From assembly GCA_019057795.1 (NCBI GenBank), contig JAHLWS010000024.1:1-64000 (forward strand): a stretch of 64,000 nt of DNA, in the 5' to 3' direction. The notes beneath the pieces were generated by a model that had not been told where the DNA came from, made no database searches, and worked only from the letters and a program-made list of their open reading frames with translations. Source of the DNA: Promethearchaeota archaeon (GTDB lineage Archaea; Asgardarchaeota; Lokiarchaeia; Sigyniarchaeales; SOKP01). Both the position numbers and the translations under genes were made by a program. Shown here piece by piece: positions 9,288 through 18,832 of this stretch. Position 1 is the first letter of the stretch. Each line of letters begins with the position of its first letter.

Positions 9288-10295
9288 ATGAAAGCTGCTG
9301 TATTTGATGGGCAAAAAATTGCCATTAAAGAAGTGTCTAAACCTGAACCTGAAGATTCTCAAGTTTTAATTCAAGTAAAAGCTGCGGGAATTTGTGGCAC
9401 GGATGTAGCAATTGTAAGTGGATATCTTCCAACTCCCATCCCGCTCATATTAGGACACGAATTCGCTGGTGAAATTGTAGAAGTAGGGAAAAATGTGACC
9501 CCCACTTGGCTAGGTAAACGAGTTACTTCAGAAATTAATAGTAATATTGATTTTGAATGTTATTATTGTAAACGAGAGATGTTTACACAATGCGTCTCTA
9601 GAAAAGCCTTAGGGATCGATATCAATGGAGCGTTCGCGGAGTTCATTGCTGTCGAGTCTTATTTGATACACGAATTACCGAAAAAGATATCTCACGAAGA
9701 AGCTACCTTTATCGAACCGTTAGCCGCGGCCTATCAAACATTTGAAATTATGCCTATAGAAAAAGACGATAAAATTGTTGCAATTTTTGGTCTTGGAAAG
9801 TTAGGCTTATTGCTAACTCAAGTTGCGTTATTAAAAGGATTGAAGTTAATTGTAATTGACGGCTCAGATAAAAAACTTTCCTTAGCTAAGAAGTTTGGCG
9901 CACATTATTCAATTAATCGTTTGAGTGTAAATGATATACCAACTGAAATTAGAGATTTAATAAAAAACATTGGAGCTGATATCGTTGTTGATACTACAGG
10001 AAACCCAGATGCCATAAAGGATGTTGTTGCTTCGTGTAAAACTCGAGGTAAAATCCACATAAAAAGTACTCACGGGTTAGAGACTCCAATTAATTTTACT
10101 GATATTGTGGTTAGGGAAATTACTATTTATAGCAGTAGATGTGGTCCCTTTGATAAAGCTATTGAAGGATTAAGTTCAGGAAAAGTTAAGGTTAAGGAAT
10201 TAATTTCTAAAGAGTATGAGTTAAATAATATCCAAGAAGCTTTTGCTTCTTACGAGAAAAACCGTGATCATATAAAAACTATTATCTTAATTTAG
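9288..10295 (+). CDS. Zinc-dependent alcohol/sugar dehydrogenase (MDR family)
   Basis: GICGTD, LGHEFAG, structural Zn CxxCx7C, Rossmann GLGKLG. Confidence 0.92.
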   Translation: MKAAVFDGQKIAIKEVSKPEPEDSQVLIQVKAAGICGTDVAIVSGYLPTPIPLILGHEFAGEIVEVGKNVTPTWLGKRVTSEINSNIDFECYYCKREMFTQCVSRKALGIDINGAFAEFIAVESYLIHELPKKISHEEATFIEPLAAAYQTFEIMPIEKDDKIVAIFGLGKLGLLLTQVALLKGLKLIVIDGSDKKLSLAKKFGAHYSINRLSVNDIPTEIRDLIKNIGADIVVDTTGNPDAIKDVVASCKTRGKIHIKSTHGLETPINFTDIVVREITIYSSRCGPFDKAIEGLSSGKVKVKELISKEYELNNIQEAFASYEKNRDHIKTIILI

Positions 10296-10680
10296 AAAAA
10301 ATTACTTGGTTCTCCAAGAAACTTATTATCTTCTTGCAAGTCCTTCGAACTGTATTCTTATTTGGATAAAAAAATTCTGGTCTTGGACATTCGCTATCAA
10401 AAACACACGAGTTCTTATCTGAATCGAAAATTAAAGGATAAAATCGGCATCCTTGAGGTCTTATCTCGTAAATTTTACATAATTTTGTTTCCCCATCGAA
10501 AAAGAAGCAATGTCCGTTAATATTTTTTAATTGATAAAAATTGTCTTCAGTTTTTTGTACAAAATCTGTTTTTCTCAAGGTTGTTTTATGACTACTAACG
10601 ATAGCTTCGATATCTTGGTCAGAGAGAATCATCTCTGTCTCTATACAGCAATTTCCACAATCTTCACATATATTCTTCAT
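10282..10680 (-). CDS. YkgJ-family (CxxCxxCC) cysteine-cluster protein
   Basis: CEDCGNCC, CFFF, CKIYEIRPQGCRFYP. Confidence 0.88.
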   Translation of the reverse strand: MKNICEDCGNCCIETEMILSDQDIEAIVSSHKTTLRKTDFVQKTEDNFYQLKNINGHCFFFDGETKLCKIYEIRPQGCRFYPLIFDSDKNSCVFDSECPRPEFFYPNKNTVRRTCKKIISFLENQVIFSKLR

Positions 10681-11441
10681 TTTCCTAATTCTTCTCTCTT
10701 AATTAGAACTTCTTTAATATAATAGCAATTTTCTCGATAAGGACAAATTTGGCATCCCCAATCATATTCACAGTCAATCTTTTTTTTCCATTCTTCAATT
10801 TTGGCTTTCCATTTCTTAGCAAATTGTGCTGTTATTTCGGAAGAGATTTCTTTGAAATGTCCTATTGAATCTGTATATGTGATAAAGAATATTTCCATAG
10901 CTTTGATTAGATTTCCAAATTTTTGGTGATAAAGATGAAAGATTGCATTTCCTAAAAGTTCAAATGAAAAATTGCGTTGTAGTGCATTGTAACTTATTCT
11001 ACACCAAAATCTCCGAGGAATTGTTCTTATTAGAAAACCCTCAATGCTATTGGAGATAAAAGATAATTGCCTTAATTCATCATTTTCTATTTCACTTTTA
11101 TTGACTCCAATTAAAATGAATAATCCAAAATCGATAGAGGATTCCTTTATTGCTTTAATTTCTTGACCTAATAGAGTTATATTTCCGTCATGAAGGTTTT
11201 CTAATTCCTGAATCGGAAAAACAAGTAAAAAAGATTTTTTATTTACGCCCCCTAATTCTAATCCGGTTTCTTCTTGAAGAATAACTTTTTTAAAATAATC
11301 TAACTTAACTCCAATATTAGATTTGCCAAAGAAATTATAATAGTCAAGATTTTTTTGATAAGTAATCAGATTTTTTCCAATTTCGTATTCTTTGTTGAAA
11401 AAGTCCCTAAGTCTTTGTATCAACCGTTGATTTTGCATCAA
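10677..11441 (-). CDS. Truncated acetyl-CoA synthase beta (CdhC/AcsB)-like protein, copy 1
   Basis: ELGG..F...DGNITLLG.EI and IEGF...FWCRIS...FSFELLG match the ACS middle domain. Ends with Cx5CxxCx5C. Paralogue of 33406-34173. Confidence 0.7.
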   Translation of the reverse strand: MMQNQRLIQRLRDFFNKEYEIGKNLITYQKNLDYYNFFGKSNIGVKLDYFKKVILQEETGLELGGVNKKSFLLVFPIQELENLHDGNITLLGQEIKAIKESSIDFGLFILIGVNKSEIENDELRQLSFISNSIEGFLIRTIPRRFWCRISYNALQRNFSFELLGNAIFHLYHQKFGNLIKAMEIFFITYTDSIGHFKEISSEITAQFAKKWKAKIEEWKKKIDCEYDWGCQICPYRENCYYIKEVLIKREELGK

Positions 11442-11615
11442 TTATTAATAACTCTTTTTATTTATTAAATTGTCCCTTGAACTACTAGTTTGAAAAACAT
11501 TACGCTTTTAAACATGAACAGCATAATTTATACTAAATTATTATTTTATGTGAATCCCAAGAATAATAATTATAATAGAGAGGCAGAATTATAAAAATTA
11601 GATGGAGTAAAGATT

Positions 11616-12737
11616 ATGCCTATTTTAGAGCAACTTAAGGAAGCAACTCAACTTACAAATCCTTGGATTAATAGCTGGAAAAATGAAGGAAAAAAAGTAT
11701 TAGGATATTTTTGTTCATATATTCCTGAAGAGATCATCTACGCTGCAGATATTTTACCGATCAGGGTTAGAACAAGAACGTGTACAGATACACCAATGGG
11801 GGATGCTTATTTAAGTCCTACCGCATGTAGTTATACAAGATGTTGTCTTGAGCAAATTAATAGAAAAGAATTTGGATATCTTGATGGAATTGTTTCGTGT
11901 AACTGCTGCGACCAAATTAGGAGACTTTACGACAATATAAGATATAAGGCTCCGTTTCCTTATCACTACATTATGGGTGTTCCAGGTTATGTCAGTGAAA
12001 CTACAATAGATTGGTTTAAATACGAACTCTCTAAATTTAAAGCAAGTATTGAGAAAAATTTCAATATTAGTATTACCGATGGAAAGTTAGGGGATGCGAT
12101 TAGATTATATAACAATTCTCGTAAGTTACTTAAAGAGATATATGAGCTCAGAAAACAAGATTCCCCTCCTATTACAGGTAGTGATGTAATAAATATCATT
12201 TCAGCAGGACTCTCTATTCCAAAAAATGAGTTTAACGCTTTATTAACACAGCAACTTGAGGAAATTAAGAATAAAGAAGGTAAATCTGATTATAAAGCGA
12301 GAATAATGATAATCGGAAGTATGCTTGACGAACCAGAATATTTACAAATTATAGAAAATCTCGGCGGTTTAGTAGTCACTGATTCGGTATGTTTAGGAAC
12401 TCGATATTTTTGGGATATGGTTGATGAAACTTCGAGTCCTCTTGATGCTCTTGGAGAGCGTTATTTGTCGAAAGTCTCTTGTCCTCGTATGACTTATGGA
12501 CATTTGAAAAGAGAGCAATTTATGATGGATCTGATTAAAGAGTTTAATGTTGATGGGGTAATTTTTCAAAGAATGAAGTTTTGTGCGATATGGTGGGCTG
12601 AGATTTTCATGCTTAGGGACAAATTAAAAGAAGAAGGTATTCCATTTCTTGATTTAGAAAGGGATTACATATTAAGCGGAGCTGGAGCTATGAAAACTCG
12701 TGTTCAAACATTTATAGAAATTTTAGAAGCGAGGTGA
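11616..12737 (+). CDS. 2-hydroxyacyl-CoA dehydratase / benzoyl-CoA reductase family subunit (HgdB/BcrC-like)
   Basis: GYFCSYIPEE, CSY, CDQIRR, SCPR, DGVIF..KFC, TRVQTFIE. Confidence 0.9.
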   Translation: MPILEQLKEATQLTNPWINSWKNEGKKVLGYFCSYIPEEIIYAADILPIRVRTRTCTDTPMGDAYLSPTACSYTRCCLEQINRKEFGYLDGIVSCNCCDQIRRLYDNIRYKAPFPYHYIMGVPGYVSETTIDWFKYELSKFKASIEKNFNISITDGKLGDAIRLYNNSRKLLKEIYELRKQDSPPITGSDVINIISAGLSIPKNEFNALLTQQLEEIKNKEGKSDYKARIMIIGSMLDEPEYLQIIENLGGLVVTDSVCLGTRYFWDMVDETSSPLDALGERYLSKVSCPRMTYGHLKREQFMMDLIKEFNVDGVIFQRMKFCAIWWAEIFMLRDKLKEEGIPFLDLERDYILSGAGAMKTRVQTFIEILEAR

Positions 12738-14062
12738 AAAATATGGATATAGAATTATTTAACAAATACAAAAAACTTGGAAGAGGTAATTGGGGAAAAG
12801 ATCTTACTATGTGGAAAATGATGTATTTGGGATTTCTAAATCAATATAGAGATGAAGAATTTACACCAATTTTGGATTTATTACTTAATATCTTCCTTGA
12901 CCTCCCTAAGGCAAGGAAAGAAGGAAAACCCGTTATAATGCATTCATTTAATTATGGACCTGAATTATTTCACGCAATGGACTTAGCACCTCTTATGCAG
13001 GAATTATTTAGCGTTGGATTAGCCCCGTTACATCTTAATGAACCTTTTATTGATTTTAGTAATCAAATTGGATATGGAGACAATCCAACAATCTGTAATG
13101 CTCAAAGACCATTGATTGGTTCTTTTATGCAAGGTGTCTCGCCAATTCCTGATTTACTATTCTTTCTTTCAACGCCTTGTAATTCTCTTGCTATGACTTA
13201 TCAAGTTTTTGAACATTTGGCTAAAATCCCCGCATTTAATATAGATGTCCCTTATTGGGCTTATGAACAACAAGATAACGAATTTTACGATGAGAATACT
13301 ATTGGTTATATGGTAAAGCAAGTAAAAGAATTAATATTATGGTTAGAAAAAGAAACAAAGCAGAAGTTAGATTATGAAAATCTCCAAAAAACAATGAAAA
13401 ATGTGAACCTATCAAGAGAATACATATTAGAGTTTAACGAACTTTTAAAAACGATTCCTTGCCCAATGCCGAGCATAGCAGGTTTTGGGAATTTTCTTGC
13501 TATGGTGACTCGTGGTGGCACTGATGATGCTGTTAAAGCTACCAAATGGCTACGTGATTCTGCTCTAGAAAATATTAAAGATGGGATAGCAGGTGTACCT
13601 GATGAGAAGATTAGAATTGCTTGGCCTTATACTCATGTCTTCTTTGATGCTGACCTTCTCACTTGGTTAGAAGAAACATTCAACGCAGTGACGATTATGG
13701 ATATACTTGGATACTACCAAGTCCTACCTCACGATACATCTACAATAGAAAAATGTTATGAGAGTTTAGCTAAGGGAACATTAGATTTCTCAATGGTGGG
13801 AACATGTCGTGGCCCAATTGAGTTTTATATCGAATTTTTATTAAATTATGTAAAAGATTATAAAATAGATTGTGTGATTATGCCAATGCAATTTGCGTGT
13901 AAACACGCATATGCGATGGCCCGAGTTGCTTCTGAAGCTGTGCGAGAACAAACAGGAATTCCAGTTTTAATTTTTGGTTGTGATCCTTATGATTCACGAG
14001 AAGTAACTTCAGATGCTATAAGAGAGAGGATTTCAGAGTTTCTCACTCAAGTAGTTTTATAA
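12734..14062 (+). CDS. 2-hydroxyacyl-CoA dehydratase / benzoyl-CoA reductase family subunit (HgdA/BcrB-like)
   Basis: PELFHAMD, IC, TPCN, IDVP, DCVI...ACK, RISEF. Confidence 0.85.
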   Translation: MKNMDIELFNKYKKLGRGNWGKDLTMWKMMYLGFLNQYRDEEFTPILDLLLNIFLDLPKARKEGKPVIMHSFNYGPELFHAMDLAPLMQELFSVGLAPLHLNEPFIDFSNQIGYGDNPTICNAQRPLIGSFMQGVSPIPDLLFFLSTPCNSLAMTYQVFEHLAKIPAFNIDVPYWAYEQQDNEFYDENTIGYMVKQVKELILWLEKETKQKLDYENLQKTMKNVNLSREYILEFNELLKTIPCPMPSIAGFGNFLAMVTRGGTDDAVKATKWLRDSALENIKDGIAGVPDEKIRIAWPYTHVFFDADLLTWLEETFNAVTIMDILGYYQVLPHDTSTIEKCYESLAKGTLDFSMVGTCRGPIEFYIEFLLNYVKDYKIDCVIMPMQFACKHAYAMARVASEAVREQTGIPVLIFGCDPYDSREVTSDAIRERISEFLTQVVL

Positions 14063-14080
14063 AGGAGGTTTATTATAGAA

Positions 14081-14851
14081 TTGTTAGTAGCTGGATGTGA
14101 TGTTGGTTCATTAACAGGAAAAGCAGTAATATTACAGGATGGTGAAATTTTATCTTATAGTATCGTCCCGACCACGCCAAAGCCAGAGAAAACTGCGCGC
14201 AATGCAATGGATGCAGCACTTCAAAAAAAAGACTTATCTTTGAATGATATCGAATTCATTATAGGGACGGGATATGGTAGGATCAAAATTCCTTTTGCCA
14301 ATTCTCAAATATCAGAATTGTCATGTCATGGTAAAGGCGCTCACTCTCTTATCCCATCAGTTAGAACGATAATTGATGTGGGAGGTCAGGATTGTAAGGT
14401 AATTAAAGTGGATAAGAACGGAAAGATTCTGGATTTTGCCATGAATGATAAGTGTGCCGCAGGAACGGGAAGATTTTTGGAAGTAATGGCTAGAACTCTC
14501 GAACTCAAGCTTGAAGAGCTCGGTCCTATATCTTTAGAATCAAAGAATCAGGCTAAAATAACTGCTCAATGTAGTGTCTTTGCTGAAACAGAGGTAGTTA
14601 GTCTTATGGCTGATGGTATAGAAGTATCAGATATAGTAGCGGGGATCCACGATGCTGTAGCTTCTAGAATTATGTCTCTTGTGTATAGAGTTGGCCTTGA
14701 AGAAGATTTGACCATAACTGGAGGAGTAGCAAAGAATATAGGAGTTGTAACCTATTTAGAGAAAAGGTTGGGGGTCACATCAAAAAAATTACCGGTTGAT
14801 CCCCAAATAATAGGAGCGTTAGGAGCTGCATTAGCAGCAAAAGAGCAATAA
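14081..14851 (+). CDS. ASKHA-type ATP-dependent dehydratase activator (HgdC/BadF/BadG/BcrA/BcrD family)
   Basis: GCDVGS, GTGYGR, IDVGGQD, MNDKCAAGTGRFLE, CSVFAETE, GGVAKN. Confidence 0.95.
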   Translation: MLVAGCDVGSLTGKAVILQDGEILSYSIVPTTPKPEKTARNAMDAALQKKDLSLNDIEFIIGTGYGRIKIPFANSQISELSCHGKGAHSLIPSVRTIIDVGGQDCKVIKVDKNGKILDFAMNDKCAAGTGRFLEVMARTLELKLEELGPISLESKNQAKITAQCSVFAETEVVSLMADGIEVSDIVAGIHDAVASRIMSLVYRVGLEEDLTITGGVAKNIGVVTYLEKRLGVTSKKLPVDPQIIGALGAALAAKEQ

Positions 14852-14897
14852 AAAAAATATTTTTTTTATTTTAATAAAAGGTCTATTTAATTCAATT

Positions 14898-16139
14898 TCA
14901 TTTAATTGTTTTCTCTATTAGCTGAGAAATATCATATGCCTTGATTTCATCGTTTTTAATATTAGTTTTGAATTGATTTAGACAAAATGGGCAAGATGAG
15001 ACTATTGCTGATGCATTAGTATCTTTAGCTTCTTCGATTCGTTCACGAGCAGCGAATTCTGACAAATCTTTAAATGCAGCTCTCACTCCACCACCAGAAC
15101 CACAACACCATGCATTATGTTTATTTCGATTCATCTCAACGAGTTCAATCCCCGGAATTTGTTCTAAAACAGCTCTAGGTTCTTTATATATTCCCATATG
15201 ACGCCCTAAATGGCAAGGATCATGGTATGTTATTTTCATATTAAGCTCTTGTTTAAACTTTATTGTTCCATTTTTTAAATTGCTTAATATAAACTCAGGT
15301 AAATGTAAAACTTCAATTCCATGCTTTATTCCAAATTTTTTAGGATAGATGTCCTTTAATGCTCTGAAACACCCCGCACAGGAGGTTATTATCTTTTCAA
15401 TCCCCGAATGTTTAAACATCTTAACATTATCTTCTGCTATTTTTCTTGCATAATCCACTTGGCCCGTCATATATATAGGAGAACCACAACAACTTTCGTT
15501 TTCAAGAATTTTAAACTCAATACCAAGTGTATTCAATATTCTAACGGTAGAAATAGCAATTTCTTTTTCTCGATAACTTGATGTACAGCCAACAAAGTAC
15601 GCTAATTTTGCGTTTGAAGATTGGAAAGCATCTGAAGGAAACCAATCTTGTCGACTTTCATGTTTTTCTCCATAGGGATTATGAAGATCTGCTACATATT
15701 TTGTGTACTGTTTCTGTTCGGGCATTGGACCAAATCCCGCTCGAACAGCTTCTTCTCTCATTGCCATTAACCATTCACCAGCATAAGTGTGAAGCTCTGG
15801 TATTTGGCATTGCTGAGTACACGCTAAACATAAAGAACATTCATAAAAAATCCGAGCTAGATTATCAGTCCATTTTAGTTTATTTGACATTAAACCCCAA
15901 GTAAGTAAATTTTTTCCTCCCAAATAATATGCTTCAAACTGCCCAAATTCACCTGAGGGACAAACCCGAGCCCAATTGACATCTTGAAAAACAGTTCGAC
16001 AGGTTCCACATTTCCCACATTGGTATACTATATCCTTATAATGTTCAATCCCTTTATGCCTATCTAACGTATGGTCTTCTTGTTTTAAATCTATTTTTTC
16101 TATACCCATACCTCTTATATATCTAACTTTTTTTGCCAT
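14898..16139 (-). CDS. Fe-S oxidoreductase with 2x[4Fe-4S] and two CCG domains (HdrD/GlcF-like)
   Basis: CGKCGTC, CSLCLACTQQC, FVGC, CCG, SCAGC, YHDPCH, CCG, CPFC. Start moved to the ATG at 16139 by comparison with paralogue 34294-35538. Confidence 0.9.
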   Translation of the reverse strand: MAKKVRYIRGMGIEKIDLKQEDHTLDRHKGIEHYKDIVYQCGKCGTCRTVFQDVNWARVCPSGEFGQFEAYYLGGKNLLTWGLMSNKLKWTDNLARIFYECSLCLACTQQCQIPELHTYAGEWLMAMREEAVRAGFGPMPEQKQYTKYVADLHNPYGEKHESRQDWFPSDAFQSSNAKLAYFVGCTSSYREKEIAISTVRILNTLGIEFKILENESCCGSPIYMTGQVDYARKIAEDNVKMFKHSGIEKIITSCAGCFRALKDIYPKKFGIKHGIEVLHLPEFILSNLKNGTIKFKQELNMKITYHDPCHLGRHMGIYKEPRAVLEQIPGIELVEMNRNKHNAWCCGSGGGVRAAFKDLSEFAARERIEEAKDTNASAIVSSCPFCLNQFKTNIKNDEIKAYDISQLIEKTIK

Positions 16140-16140
16140 A

Positions 16141-17562
16141 TTAACTACCCCAACCATGTCCTGGATTCATTATCATATTTGGATCCAAAAGTTTTTTTAT
16201 TTTTCTAATCAACTCAGTAGTAGCAGGTAATGTCTTTTCCTCATACACCTCATGAGCCCAAGGTGGAGCCTTATACATTACAACACCATCAATCGATTGA
16301 ACATCTTCATGGATTTCCTTTAATACTTGTCGAGCAGCCTCAATTTCCTTGGGATCATCTTTATTAAAATTTATGTTTGTTCGAGCAACACAATAATGAC
16401 CACCAAATAAAATTCGGGAGTAAAATTGCGGAGTACGCCCGTATTTTAGGGCTTTATCTCTTGCTAAAGCATAAAATTTCGCGATGTCTCGAGTTGAACA
16501 ATAACTCCCAATCCATTGACCTCCTCCCCCCCTAGAGAAATTCCAGCAGCCCCATAATTGAATTGGTATCGTACTGAGAAGATCTGTATCAATTCCTTGG
16601 GGTTCAATAAGCCTACCTTCTTTTAAGATGGCTTCAATTGCTTCGCATTGAGCTTCATGTTGTTTTTGGGTATATGCCTGTGTGGTAATAATTCCTGCGA
16701 AATCGGGTAATTTTTTTTCTAAGGGATCTATAGGAATCTTTTTTTCATGTGCGGCTAATGACGATTGAAGCCACCCATAGTTTTGAATTACAAGATCACA
16801 TATACCTAACCCCACCTTCGAAAGCTTAAGCATAACTGGGACTCCAATATCCATAGTCCTTCCAACCACAAGATAATTCCTTCTATATGGTAGTTTTGGC
16901 CATAGTTTTATGGCTGCTTTAGTCACGATTCCTGTAGAGCCTTCCCAACCAATGAACAAACCTGCTAAATCGGGTAATGGTTGTCTCCCATACCAGTAAT
17001 CAGAAAGACAACAAGAACCTACTTTCACTAATTCACCCGAGCCTAAGACAACTTCTAAACCATTGATGAATTCTGCTCCAGTTCCACCAAGCATTCCCAA
17101 ATCAAACATACCATAACATAAGCAAGAAGCTACTACTCCAGTTCCCGGTGGTGACCAAGTTACGCCCGCTCTTAAATCAGTATTGTGTTTTTGAAGGTAA
17201 CCCTGTAAATCGGCCCATGTTGTTCCGCCTTCGACTAAAGCATACATATCATCTTCATTCACTTCAATTATTCTATTCAGCCTTCTCAGGTCAACAACGA
17301 TCCCTCCCTTTATTGGTGTAGCAGTAGAACCAAAGTTGATCCCCGAAACCCAAGGAATTATTGGAATTTTGTGATTATTTGCAATTTTAACGATTTCTTG
17401 GACTTCTTCCGCTGAATTTGGCATTATTACAATATCGCATATTCCTTCTGGTTCAGCCGTGATAAAATCATAGTGGTAGAGAAATGTAATTTCAGGTTGA
17501 TCTGAGACATATTTTTCTCCAACAACTTTTCCTAATTCATTAACTATTTCGCTATTAATCAT
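16141..17562 (-). CDS. FAD-binding oxidoreductase (VAO/PCMH/GlcD superfamily)
   Basis: P.SAEEVQEIV, SGINFG, VDLRRLN, GLEVVLGSGE, GWEGSTGIVTK, LDPNMIMNPG. Confidence 0.92.
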   Translation of the reverse strand: MINSEIVNELGKVVGEKYVSDQPEITFLYHYDFITAEPEGICDIVIMPNSAEEVQEIVKIANNHKIPIIPWVSGINFGSTATPIKGGIVVDLRRLNRIIEVNEDDMYALVEGGTTWADLQGYLQKHNTDLRAGVTWSPPGTGVVASCLCYGMFDLGMLGGTGAEFINGLEVVLGSGELVKVGSCCLSDYWYGRQPLPDLAGLFIGWEGSTGIVTKAAIKLWPKLPYRRNYLVVGRTMDIGVPVMLKLSKVGLGICDLVIQNYGWLQSSLAAHEKKIPIDPLEKKLPDFAGIITTQAYTQKQHEAQCEAIEAILKEGRLIEPQGIDTDLLSTIPIQLWGCWNFSRGGGGQWIGSYCSTRDIAKFYALARDKALKYGRTPQFYSRILFGGHYCVARTNINFNKDDPKEIEAARQVLKEIHEDVQSIDGVVMYKAPPWAHEVYEEKTLPATTELIRKIKKLLDPNMIMNPGHGWGS

Positions 17563-17688
17563 TTTTATTTCACTTATTAAATAATACTAATTCACTCCCA
17601 TATTTATACAAATTTTAGAGAATTTAATTTTTATTTAACCAAATTATTATTTAAATATATAGAAACATGTATAGAAATCTCATCAGTA

Positions 17689-18786
17689 ATGAGAAAAAAA
17701 ATTAAAGTATTTGGTGCTGCAGTTGATGCGAGTGACTTCCCTCTTAGTATTCAGATGAAACTTGCTTACTTAAATCAATTAACTCAAAATTTTGGTAATA
17801 GATCAAATTTCATTGATCCCTATGAAGCTTTTCTTATACATTCTAGTATTTTAACAGAGCAAAAATTCATCAAGATTGGTAAATTTCCTATTGACTCTTG
17901 GCTAACACCTAAACCCAAACTGGAGGATTTCCATCTAATAAATCAATTTAATTTCTCAAAATTTACAAATGATGGCTTATTAAAACCAATTTCAGATAAT
18001 CTTATGAGATATATAAACATTAATGTATTACCAGACATTCCTTTAATGATTGGAGTCGATCACTCGTTAACGGGAGGAGTTTTAACTGCTCTTTCCAAAG
18101 AATATGGACCTGAAAATCTATTAGTCTTAATTTTTGATGCTCATTTTGATGGATTACCAGCGAATATATCGATCGATATCTCAAAATATACTAACGATCA
18201 TCCCAATGAAGTAAATCCTTTAGTACTTGAATATAATTATTCACAAATGGAAGGTATTGAGATTAAAAATACTTACACATGTGCTTCGTTTTTATATAAT
18301 TTAATAAATACTAAAATCATAAGACCTGAAAATTTGATAATTTTTGGATGTCAAGATTATCCAGATGAAAGATATCGAGCTTTAAATGATCCGAGAATTG
18401 TAGAATTTGTTGAGTTTTATGATACAATAGAAAAAAACGGTGTTAAATTCATACCCAAAGCAGAAACTTCACAAATGCTTGATAGATTAAATCAAATCCT
18501 AAAGGATACAGTGAAATCAAATTTCTATCTGTCTTTTGATGTAGATGTTGGTGCTTTAAAAGAAATTATTGCTTCTCGATTTAGAAATGTTCTAGGACTT
18601 GATCAATCAACTATCATTAGTGCTGCTAAAATTATTAACAGCATAATAAAAACAGCAGATAATAAACTAGTCGGTCTTGATGTGATGGAAATTGAAACTT
18701 ATTTATTAAATAAGGTTTTTCCTAAGTCAGGTAGGGAAGATCAAACAATTGAAGTGGTGGATAATTTTCTTAGAATCTTTTTTTAA
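17689..18786 (+). CDS. Ureohydrolase (arginase/agmatinase family)
   Basis: GVDHSL, FDAHFD and SFDVD metal-binding motifs; GLDVME. Confidence 0.85.
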   Translation: MRKKIKVFGAAVDASDFPLSIQMKLAYLNQLTQNFGNRSNFIDPYEAFLIHSSILTEQKFIKIGKFPIDSWLTPKPKLEDFHLINQFNFSKFTNDGLLKPISDNLMRYININVLPDIPLMIGVDHSLTGGVLTALSKEYGPENLLVLIFDAHFDGLPANISIDISKYTNDHPNEVNPLVLEYNYSQMEGIEIKNTYTCASFLYNLINTKIIRPENLIIFGCQDYPDERYRALNDPRIVEFVEFYDTIEKNGVKFIPKAETSQMLDRLNQILKDTVKSNFYLSFDVDVGALKEIIASRFRNVLGLDQSTIISAAKIINSIIKTADNKLVGLDVMEIETYLLNKVFPKSGREDQTIEVVDNFLRIFF

Positions 18787-18832
18787 TTAAAATGGATTTC
18801 TTATAAATTAAAAAAAAAAAATAAGAATTATT

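Noticed and set aside
11616-14851. Definite benzoyl-CoA reductase
   Set aside because: Only one ATPase subunit is present, and motifs alone cannot separate BCR from 2-hydroxyacyl-CoA dehydratase.
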